Part shown: piece after piece, positions 56,643 through 64,000 of the stretch | Numbering within the stretch: position 1 is the first letter of the stretch | Layout: each line of letters starts with the position of its first letter | Virus record (IMG/VR): IMGVR_UViG_3300035053_000291 | DNA from: a virus | Direction: 5' to 3' (one strand) | DNA: 64,000 bases | The notes under the pieces: model-generated | The model's input: only the letters and a program-made list of their open reading frames with translations | Database searches by the model: none | Told to the model about the DNA's origin: nothing | Program-made: the position numbers and the translations under genes

Positions 56643-58599
56643 CCCAGAATAGTCTATTCAGTTTCTTTTCCTCATCACTTATGTTGTATGTTTCATCATC
56701 TATTTCTGATGCATTAACATACAATTGATTCATATCAAGTGTCTCAAGAAGGAAGGTCTTTTGTTCTTCAATGGACAACTGTCGGAAATCATCAATGTGT
56801 TCGTTGACCTTTTTGATGTCGACTTTGTAATTGAGGAAAGCGTTTTCCTGAAGATTGTTCCACAAGTCTAACAGTTCTTCACTGGTTTCTGCGGATTCTA
56901 TCTTTTCCACCCATTTCTGATTCCATTTTGCGAGTTCACAGTAAACCAAGTCTCCTCCACCTTGCCAGTTTACTTTTTTTGATATCCCTGTTGTGTAACC
57001 ATTAACAACGTTCTTCAGGCGGGCGACGCTGTCGTTTTTACCATAGTCTAATTGTTCAATACCAATATATTGTCTCCCCAGCTTATGTGCTACCGCTGCA
57101 GTTGTTCCAGAACCTAAAAAGAAATCTAAGACAATATCCTCTTTCTTTGTATTCATCTCGATTATTCGACGCAAGAGTTTTTCTGGTTTTTTACCATTCT
57201 TTAATTTTACTCCTCCTTCAGGAGCGATTCCCTGCCATGATATATCCGTCCACAGTGAACCCAATTCTGTTCCAATTATTTTGTTGCCATCTATGTCTTT
57301 TTTAAGGTTCTTTGAATAGAATCTAACCATCTCTCCTTTATAGCAAATGATGTCTTCTTTCTCTTCTCTTTCGTATACGGCCCATGTATCTTCTTTAGAC
57401 TTGTTCATTGCTTGTTTTAACCCTGCGCCAGCCCCTTTTGGAGAAATAGTTCGAAATATTCTGTTCAAGTTCTTAAAAACAAAATCATAAAGTAGTTTTT
57501 CATTTTTCTTATTCTCTTCTCCTTTTTCTGCAACAAATTCATCTAATACTCTCCCAATTTCCCATTTTCTAAAATCTTTTTCTTCAGGATTCAAAATTAT
57601 TTTATTATATGCTTTGTCAACATCTGACTTCACCCAAAGAGGTTTGTACTCTCTCATATCATAATTTTTTGCATATATCAATCCATATTCACAATTTTTT
57701 GGCATAAATGGATTTTGGTATTCATTTGCCGCTCCGACATTTGCTTTTATTTCAACATACTGAACAAAATTATCTTTTCCTTTTGGAGATTTTTTGAATA
57801 CCTCATCCGCTAATATTTTTAGATAAGATAATTCATTATCATCACAATGAATAAATATTGTTCCTTTTTCATCCAATAACTCTTTTGCTATCTCCAATCT
57901 ATTTTTCATAAATGTTAGCCATGTTGAATGATTAAAACGATCGTTGTAAAATGCCTCCGCATCTATATTGAATGGAACATCAATGTAGATGAGTTTTACT
58001 CTTCCAAGATATTTTTTCTTTAGAGTGTGTAATGCTAACAGGTTGTTTCCTTTTATGATGAGATTATCTTCATCGTTCAAATCCTTGACCTTATGCTCTC
58101 CATGCTGATCTATCCGTTTGAAATTGGTCAGTACCTTTGGTTCCAATAATGTCAGCACTTCATCTGGCGCTAATGTTTTATTGTAGAATATCTCATCCCG
58201 TTTCTGATCTTCCTTGGTCATTCCCCCAGCCAATACGCAATCTTTGTACGGCCAGACCAGAGAAACTTCTTTGTTCTTCCGTAAGAGTTCTCCACCAATA
58301 GAGAGTCCTATCTTCTGACCAAATGCAGTATAGGAATCCTGCAGGAATTCCTTATTCTTCATGAAATTGATGAATTTGTCTTTATCAAAGACAACTGTCT
58401 GCCCATCCTTTGTTGGTATGTCACTAAAAAAGTGTTTTTTCAGTGCTTCCTCTTCTAATAATAATTTCAATAAGGTCTGATCGTTCTTCAAGGCCAACTC
58501 CACGGCCTTTTCTTTCAATATTCTTTTCTCAGAATCTGACAGATCCTGATGTGAACGTAAAACTGATACTAAGTCTTCCTCAAAATGTTTTTGATTCAT
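56635..58599 (-). CDS. mod: Type III DNA methyltransferase Mod subunit
   Basis: IKGNNL, IYIDVPFN (motif IV variant), GKKPEKLL, LDFFLGSGTT; adjacent to Res. Confidence 0.93.
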   Translation of the reverse strand: MNQKHFEEDLVSVLRSHQDLSDSEKRILKEKAVELALKNDQTLLKLLLEEEALKKHFFSDIPTKDGQTVVFDKDKFINFMKNKEFLQDSYTAFGQKIGLSIGGELLRKNKEVSLVWPYKDCVLAGGMTKEDQKRDEIFYNKTLAPDEVLTLLEPKVLTNFKRIDQHGEHKVKDLNDEDNLIIKGNNLLALHTLKKKYLGRVKLIYIDVPFNIDAEAFYNDRFNHSTWLTFMKNRLEIAKELLDEKGTIFIHCDDNELSYLKILADEVFKKSPKGKDNFVQYVEIKANVGAANEYQNPFMPKNCEYGLIYAKNYDMREYKPLWVKSDVDKAYNKIILNPEEKDFRKWEIGRVLDEFVAEKGEENKKNEKLLYDFVFKNLNRIFRTISPKGAGAGLKQAMNKSKEDTWAVYEREEKEDIICYKGEMVRFYSKNLKKDIDGNKIIGTELGSLWTDISWQGIAPEGGVKLKNGKKPEKLLRRIIEMNTKKEDIVLDFFLGSGTTAAVAHKLGRQYIGIEQLDYGKNDSVARLKNVVNGYTTGISKKVNWQGGGDLVYCELAKWNQKWVEKIESAETSEELLDLWNNLQENAFLNYKVDIKKVNEHIDDFRQLSIEEQKTFLLETLDMNQLYVNASEIDDETYNISDEEKKLNRLFWGE

Positions 58600-58615
58600 G
58601 CTATTTCCTCCTTTC

Positions 58616-59200
58616 TTAATGCAACTCTACTTCAATCATTCGTTCCTTTTTTACCTTGCACATGCTACACACACGGCAATTACCCGGGCACTTGTATTCT
58701 GCGTCCTCTGAATATGAGTCAACAGTCATAAACATGTTGTCCAACATGAATCCAGAACCAGTGACCACCATGTTCTTTGGTCTGTTGCTGAAGTCCAGGT
58801 CATGTCTTGCGGTGTAGCCGTAGACGATCACATCCGTGTTGTCAACTAACATGGTTGAGATGTCAACCATTTTGTCAACATCCTCTTGTGCTTCGAAGTC
58901 ACCTGACTCGCTGAACCGGAGATATTTGATATCTGCAGGTACCAGCCGCATCTGTGCCATTAAGTCCTGTGCGATGTTCTCTGCATCAGTTGCTTTCCAG
59001 TATGCCTCCTGTTTCCTCCGATAGGGCAACACCTGTGGATATAAGCGTTCCGCTTTCAGTGCATAACATCGTTTCGGGTTTTCCAACGGACACAATCCCC
59101 GTTTCCTGGACGGGCAATCCATTGCTGCATTCATGTTCAGGATCAGTGTGTCCTCACCGATCTTTCTGTTCCCATTCGACACTTTAAGTGTCGGATGCAT
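58616..59200 (-). CDS. Phage Gp88-like protein
   Basis: GNRKIG...CPS...C..CYA...RFSESGDF...YGYT. Confidence 0.75.
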   Translation of the reverse strand: MHPTLKVSNGNRKIGEDTLILNMNAAMDCPSRKRGLCPLENPKRCYALKAERLYPQVLPYRRKQEAYWKATDAENIAQDLMAQMRLVPADIKYLRFSESGDFEAQEDVDKMVDISTMLVDNTDVIVYGYTARHDLDFSNRPKNMVVTGSGFMLDNMFMTVDSYSEDAEYKCPGNCRVCSMCKVKKERMIEVELH

Positions 59201-59241
59201 CTCTGCACCTGTCCGTTGTTCTGCTCTGCCGTTCTAAGATT

Positions 59242-59733
59242 TCAGGATATTCTGCTTACATTAATCCGTTCTTCTTCAACTCCCTTATTGATTAATACTT
59301 TTTTAACTCTTTGCCTGATCTCTTTTTTCATGGTGTTTCTTGTCACATTAACCACCTCTGGTTCTCCTTCTATTCCATGTCGTTTTCTCATGTGTCTTTT
59401 GCCATGATAAATGGCTTTGCTTCTTCGCATGGGCTTGTTCCCATGTCCCTTACATCCTTCCACCGGGCAGACCCAGATGGCTTTTCTAAACGAAGTCGAT
59501 ACTTGCAGTACCTTGTCCTTCTTGACGACGATGGGTTTGATGCCATCAGTGGATAAGATGCCATGCTGTGCCCGCAAGTGGTCTTTCCCGTTTTCCATTG
59601 CTCTCCCTTTGGTCGTTGCTTTTCCTCCTCTGGAGAGACAGTTGTCCATCGGGCATTGCCAAATCCATTCTTTTTTGTTCTTTTTGTCACTCATTTCTTT
59701 ATTCCTCCTCAAAAAACTACGTTTACGCAACAA
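59242..59733 (-). CDS. Tandem C2H2-type Zn-finger protein
   Basis: WQCPMDNC...HLRAQH and WVCPVEGC...HMRKRH. Confidence 0.75.
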   Translation of the reverse strand: MLRKRSFLRRNKEMSDKKNKKEWIWQCPMDNCLSRGGKATTKGRAMENGKDHLRAQHGILSTDGIKPIVVKKDKVLQVSTSFRKAIWVCPVEGCKGHGNKPMRRSKAIYHGKRHMRKRHGIEGEPEVVNVTRNTMKKEIRQRVKKVLINKGVEEERINVSRIS

Positions 59734-59989
59734 TCTTTTCTGTTACTTTCAATATCTTTTACTATGTAATTTATATAAAAACAAATATATTCGATACATT
59801 TTTATACTACTTACTGATTAACGATTGACTAGGCAGATACAGGGTCTGTCTCCATGTTTTTTAATAACCTGGAACCTCCTTGTTTCTGCTCTGCCAATTA
59901 AGGTGGGGGTGCAATTCCCCTGCCTTTTCTTATCACTTTTCTAAAAGACTTTTTATCTCTTAAAGGCTTGTCAGGCGTTATTGAAAGTA

Positions 59990-60484
59990 TTACAATTTTC
60001 CGATGATCCACTCTGGTAGATCCCATAATCCTATTGCTTTGAAGAAACCGGCTAAGGTGCTCACATCTAAAATATTATGCACAAGCAATGCCTCGATCGT
60101 GAAATAGATCAGCCCTACAATAGCGCCATACCAGATCAACCAATAGTAGATCCCTTTTCTATCCATACAATAGAGATACAGTAATATCCCTGTTATCTTC
60201 AGTGGAGCAGCAAGGGGATGCCAACTTTCCATGATCTCATTGCTTTCAAAATGGGAAAAACGAATGATGTATATGATCCGGATATAAACAGATATGAACG
60301 CAGAAAGTAATGCTGCAATAGAAACATATAATGCTTCCTTCCTTGTCATCTCTTTTTTGTATTCTCCATGTGTTGCTTCATACATGGTCTTTCGTTCTTC
60401 TTTTTCAAGTAACCGTAATGGGCTATATTTTGCGTGTTTTATCTTGTATTTGAGTTTGTTTAGTGTTTTTCCCATCTTTTCCAC
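59990..60484 (-). CDS. Multi-pass membrane protein
   Basis: Three hydrophobic helices. Confidence 0.7.
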   Translation of the reverse strand: MEKMGKTLNKLKYKIKHAKYSPLRLLEKEERKTMYEATHGEYKKEMTRKEALYVSIAALLSAFISVYIRIIYIIRFSHFESNEIMESWHPLAAPLKITGILLYLYCMDRKGIYYWLIWYGAIVGLIYFTIEALLVHNILDVSTLAGFFKAIGLWDLPEWIIGKL

Positions 60485-60485
60485 C

Positions 60486-61472
60486 TCAGTATCGTTTGAT
60501 GACCAGGTCTCCTGGCCGGTATTTCTTTTTCTTCTTGCTCCAGAAGTTCAACAACGACTTCTTTCCTTCTTTCTTCCGTTTCAACAACCAGATATTGATA
60601 ACTATCAGCAGGATGATCAACCCCAGCCAGACAACTAACGGAACGCCTGCCACGGTGTTTCTCAGCATGTTCTCGAACGTGGAGAACACCGGGTTAGTCG
60701 ACTGATATAATGGATTGTTGCTGATGATGCCTTGCACTTCATTCTCCAGGTCGTAATACCATTGACCGATGTCTCCCATGACCCCTGACGGAATCGTGTA
60801 TGAAACCAGGTTGTTCGCCTTGTTGGCATATTCTGATTCCATTCCTTCGCTTCTCAGTTCGATGATGTTCTTAATATCTGGATCTATCTCTACCACATAG
60901 ACGAGTTCATTGGTGAGGTAATCATAATGCTTGACTTCCTTGACCACATCGTTCACATATAAGGTACAGGTCCAATCCAGGTTCACTGCATCCTGACAAC
61001 TGGTCGGTGTGGCAATGATCTTTATTTGACTGTCGGTCAGCCATTTCACGCCGACATCTGACACGCCGACATCCGGTTGATAGGGATTGAACCGCATGCT
61101 GTCCATCGGTTCGTAGATATCAGCGACATAATCCTCGTCAGCGTCATGGTCATAACTGTTCTTGATGCCATCATAATCAAAATCGTCATCCGGTCCAGTG
61201 CCTCCCCATGATTCTTTGATATATGGGCTGTATCCACCTTGATTCCATCCCAAGAGGATGGCTAAGGTCGCTTCATTCTGCTCCCCAGTCATCATCGCGA
61301 TCTCACGAGTCTTAGCATCCACATACAAAAAAGAGGCCGAGAGGACGATGATCATAGCCAACAGTACCGCTAGATACTTCTTGGTCTTATCTTCATCATA
61401 ATCCTTCTTGTAAATATAATAGATGCCTGCAATAGACAAGATGCCGATGAACAACAGGAACAGTCCACTCAT
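60486..61472 (-). CDS. Membrane protein with Ca-binding (TSP3-like) acidic repeat and beta ectodomain
   Basis: DDDFDYDGIKNSYDHDADED; TMs at both ends. Confidence 0.75.
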   Translation of the reverse strand: MSGLFLLFIGILSIAGIYYIYKKDYDEDKTKKYLAVLLAMIIVLSASFLYVDAKTREIAMMTGEQNEATLAILLGWNQGGYSPYIKESWGGTGPDDDFDYDGIKNSYDHDADEDYVADIYEPMDSMRFNPYQPDVGVSDVGVKWLTDSQIKIIATPTSCQDAVNLDWTCTLYVNDVVKEVKHYDYLTNELVYVVEIDPDIKNIIELRSEGMESEYANKANNLVSYTIPSGVMGDIGQWYYDLENEVQGIISNNPLYQSTNPVFSTFENMLRNTVAGVPLVVWLGLIILLIVINIWLLKRKKEGKKSLLNFWSKKKKKYRPGDLVIKRY

Positions 61473-61477
61473 AGATA

Positions 61478-62194
61478 TTACCTGAATTCATTTCGATAGT
61501 TCACATGATTCTGATAGCCTTTTCTTGCATAATTATATGGAACGTATGCTGTTCGGTACGCTGCTTTCTTTCCCAGTTTCCCTTTCTTTCGTAGCCGAAG
61601 GATAAGCAGGATCACAATGATAATGAACACGATGATAGCGATCCAATAAGCCAATGGGAGTTCATCTAGGAAGGCGAACATGCCGTCCATCGTATTCCTG
61701 GTCGACTGCGTCCAGAAGTATTGAATAGACCCATACATCTCGATCAGGTCAGCGAATTTTGCATCCTGTGTCCCGAAGACCAGACTGAGTTCATTGTCTG
61801 CTTTGTTATCATGTGATACTTCATCTAACGTATCTTCATCGAAGACAACGATCAAGGTATGCATTCCTTCAGGATAAGTCTCGATCGGCCAGGTGATGGT
61901 CTTTTCTGTTTTAGTGCCATAAATAGTGATGTTGGTCAATTCATGGGATGCGTCCTTCTTATCGACCCATACATCCGCAACGATGCCGCCTTCGTTCTCA
62001 GCAGCATTATCATTCACATAGATGGTTATCGTCGCTAAAGTTTCTTCACCCTCACCGGTGAATTCAATAGATAAGCCAGTGATGGCTTCATTGGTTGCAT
62101 CATCTGCCAGTGCTGTCGTCGGGGCAAGCATGGCGAATAAAACCAGCGTCATTAACATCATAGTTGTTCTTTTCATTTTGTTCTCGACCTCCAA
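61478..62194 (-). CDS. Surface protein with CARDB-like domain and C-terminal TM
   Basis: Signal peptide; GMHTLIVVFD...DNKADN. Confidence 0.7.
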   Translation of the reverse strand: MEVENKMKRTTMMLMTLVLFAMLAPTTALADDATNEAITGLSIEFTGEGEETLATITIYVNDNAAENEGGIVADVWVDKKDASHELTNITIYGTKTEKTITWPIETYPEGMHTLIVVFDEDTLDEVSHDNKADNELSLVFGTQDAKFADLIEMYGSIQYFWTQSTRNTMDGMFAFLDELPLAYWIAIIVFIIIVILLILRLRKKGKLGKKAAYRTAYVPYNYARKGYQNHVNYRNEFR

Positions 62195-62493
62195 ATATGG
62201 AAATATAAGACCAGCAACACAAGTGCTGGAATGACAATCACGGTAATGCCTGGTCCACGACCGAACAGTCGGGCTACACAGGCATATAAGAGTAAGAGTT
62301 TGGCGATACCGCCAACCAATAATTCATTTCTGGTCAACTGTCTGCCTTTGTTCATGATCAGATAACTCATGGTCAGCATGAAGAACAATGGTTCCCAGAA
62401 TAGATTGAACAAGTAAATAGTGGCAAGCATGACTCCGAGATTTATCATCATCAGGTTCATCTGCATGTCCTTAGTGAGTTTGATGGCTACCAT
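62173..62493 (-). CDS. Small multi-pass membrane protein
   Basis: Hydrophobic throughout. Confidence 0.7.
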   Translation of the reverse strand: MVAIKLTKDMQMNLMMINLGVMLATIYLFNLFWEPLFFMLTMSYLIMNKGRQLTRNELLVGGIAKLLLLYACVARLFGRGPGITVIVIPALVLLVLYFHIWRSRTK

Positions 62494-62996
62494 TTCCGAT
62501 CACCCTCCAGCATCTTCTCATAGGTGACCTCATCCACCGCTGGTCGGTCATGTCCCGGTTGTGCTCTGAACGTTGAGAACTTTAACAATAGGACACCTAC
62601 TGCCGTCATCCCGCTGGTGAACAATCTGGTTCCTATCCCGCCTTCCAGTCCGGTATCCGTGCCAAAATCAAAGGTGGTTTCCAATCCGGATACATTGGCT
62701 AACCATAAGGGAAGACCGGTGAACCATGCTAATGAGATCACTATGACTCCAGCGATGATGAGGGCTGGTCTGAATCTGAGTTTGCCTTCCTTCTTCTTCT
62801 TTTCTTCTCCACGTTTCTTGAAGAACCCCCAGACAAAACCCATCCCGCAAAGCAACGTGAGAAAACCGATGGTCGCTTTGATCACATAGATGTTATCCAT
62901 GCCGTAATGATGAAGCATCACCGGGACGATAGGGGTGAAGGCAACAATAGCGAAGCTGACCAATGAGATGACCGCGATGATATTTCGTTCATCCAT
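62487..62996 (-). CDS. Multi-pass membrane protein
   Basis: Four hydrophobic segments. Confidence 0.7.
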   Translation of the reverse strand: MDERNIIAVISLVSFAIVAFTPIVPVMLHHYGMDNIYVIKATIGFLTLLCGMGFVWGFFKKRGEEKKKKEGKLRFRPALIIAGVIVISLAWFTGLPLWLANVSGLETTFDFGTDTGLEGGIGTRLFTSGMTAVGVLLLKFSTFRAQPGHDRPAVDEVTYEKMLEGDRKW

Positions 62997-62999
62997 TCC

Positions 63000-63404
63000 T
63001 TAGTCATTCCCCCTGATCACGATCTCTACTTCCGCATCACTCTTCGATACACCTGACAGTTCATTGACTGATTTGTTAGCGACTTCTTCAAGTTTCTTTA
63101 TGCGTCGTTTCTCAAGATATTTGTAGAGGTAGAATGCTCCTATCATGGCAAATATGGTGAATAAAAACCACGAAGTCAATGTAAATATAGATATGCCTAT
63201 TATGAATGAAAAAACTCCCCATGGTGTGTAGTGGTAGAAAATAGCTATTGCTATAAGAGCTGTTGCTACCAAATCCATTATTGCTATTCCAAAAATAAAT
63301 TTGAATATGAAGAATCCTATGAGGATATATGTGTTCCGTCTCATCCCTCCATCACTATTGACTCGTATCCACCATTCATTTACTATATCGAATTTGTTCA
63401 TCAT
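63000..63404 (-). CDS. Membrane protein
   Basis: Hydrophobic core, charged C-tail. Confidence 0.7.
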   Translation of the reverse strand: MMNKFDIVNEWWIRVNSDGGMRRNTYILIGFFIFKFIFGIAIMDLVATALIAIAIFYHYTPWGVFSFIIGISIFTLTSWFLFTIFAMIGAFYLYKYLEKRRIKKLEEVANKSVNELSGVSKSDAEVEIVIRGND

Positions 63405-63934
63405 TTACCCCACATCTCCCAGAATATTTTTGCACCAGGTGTCGGTGTCCAGACTTGCACGGGTTCTCCAGATTCCGGATTGGTTATCGTTGTTGAAAAA
63501 CTGGAACCTAATCCTTGTGTGAAGAAACCTGCTATCTCTTCCCCTATAAATGTAAAGAAATCTTTGGTGTCTATCAATACATCTGTTATTGATTTGATAT
63601 GTTCAACATAGCTTCCAGCTGTATATCTGACGAATGATCCAGAATTGTCTATATTGGAGATCCATCCATCCGGTGCGATTGCTGCTTGATTGTATGTCGG
63701 TGCCCATACACTTGCACCATTATGGACTCCTGCCAATACATACGTTGTATCTCCAACTTCTGCTCCCTCTAGAATTGCTTGCATTTGCGCCGCAGTTACA
63801 ATGTTTTCCACGCTCTCAATTAATCCTGGTGGCAGGTTGACGATCGGATGGGAATTTATAGTATCTAATGTGGAGACTATCCATGGTGTATTATATACAT
63901 CGAATCCAGGCTTAACCCAAATGTATGTTGTCAT
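63401..63934 (-). CDS. Hypothetical protein, possibly structural
   Basis: ORF track, ATGA coupling. Confidence 0.65.
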   Translation of the reverse strand: MTTYIWVKPGFDVYNTPWIVSTLDTINSHPIVNLPPGLIESVENIVTAAQMQAILEGAEVGDTTYVLAGVHNGASVWAPTYNQAAIAPDGWISNIDNSGSFVRYTAGSYVEHIKSITDVLIDTKDFFTFIGEEIAGFFTQGLGSSFSTTITNPESGEPVQVWTPTPGAKIFWEMWGK

Positions 63935-64000
63935 TGAATTCCAATCTCCCCAGAACGCTGGTTTAGGGTAAACATAAGATAATGCTGAAGAGGGGATGGC

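Larger units (their letters stand above)
324..59646. repeat. Dispersed palindrome GACARYTGTC (at least 27 copies, plus 5 GACA-GG/CC-TGTC)
   Basis: Manual scan; coordinates listed in findings. Confidence 0.9.
334..59895 (-). repeat. Dispersed strand-specific motif GGCAGAGCA(G/A)AA (16 copies)
   Basis: All copies on the coding strand, mostly at gene junctions. Confidence 0.9.
11422..59971. promoter_or_regulatory. Promoter signature ACAAGCC fused to a TATA-like TTTWW (8 copies)
   Basis: 11422(+); 20914, 21122, 21314, 21610, 38637, 44829, 59960 (-); all intergenic. Confidence 0.7.
1..64000 (-). mobile_element. Large archaeal virus/provirus or ICE-like element (segment), probable Thermoplasmatota host
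   Basis: About 95% of genes co-oriented; many short hypothetical and Zn-finger ORFs; integrase, resolvase, dUTPase, PCNA, tRNA and R-M cargo; no housekeeping operons. Confidence 0.85.

Noticed and set aside
59900-59926. tRNA-like hairpin with a GTGCAAT loop
   Set aside because: Single hairpin on the non-coding strand with no D-loop GG or acceptor context; may be a leader or terminator
652-63971. Numerous + strand ORFs in the track (e.g. 2449..3087, 36952..37695, most of 22984..23661)
   Set aside because: Antisense shadows of well-supported minus-strand genes; Ser/Phe/Leu-rich with no SD
1-64000. DGR, retron or other RT system; IS transposase; HK97 capsid or terminase
   Set aside because: No YxDD RT, DDE transposase, TR/VR pair or capsid/terminase motifs recognised

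Overview
A gene-dense, almost entirely minus-strand 64 kb slice of a large archaeal mobile element (virus, provirus or ICE-like). The likely host is Thermoplasmatota, judged from the PCNA type, a TrmB-like regulator, TATA promoters and GGAGG/GGTGA Shine-Dalgarno (SD) motifs. Recognisable genes include dUTPase, PCNA, a Ycf46/Cdc48-like AAA+ ATPase, a tyrosine integrase, an Hjc-like resolvase, a type III R-M pair, MazG, ASCH, two nucleotide kinases, an amidoligase, a histone-fold/Zn-ribbon fusion, an OB-fold SSB candidate, RHH/AbrB/wHTH regulators and two blocks of membrane or surface proteins. No capsid, portal or classical terminase is recognisable in this window. The most unusual content is non-coding. 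(1) A 16.3-22.7 kb RNA island holds a ~870-nt ORF-free, stem-dense candidate large ncRNA, three anticodon-less mini-tRNA elements, an initiator-type tRNA-Met with an altered anticodon arm, and a covarying T-loop leader family. (2) A 1.8 kb array of micro-ORF cassettes is joined by a TAGCATA(A) motif. (3) Three hyper-iterated motifs occur: the palindrome GACARYTGTC (at least 27 copies), strictly strand-biased GGCAGAGCA at gene junctions (16 copies) and the promoter element ACAAGCCTTT (8 copies). All counts and structures were read by eye and need computational confirmation.
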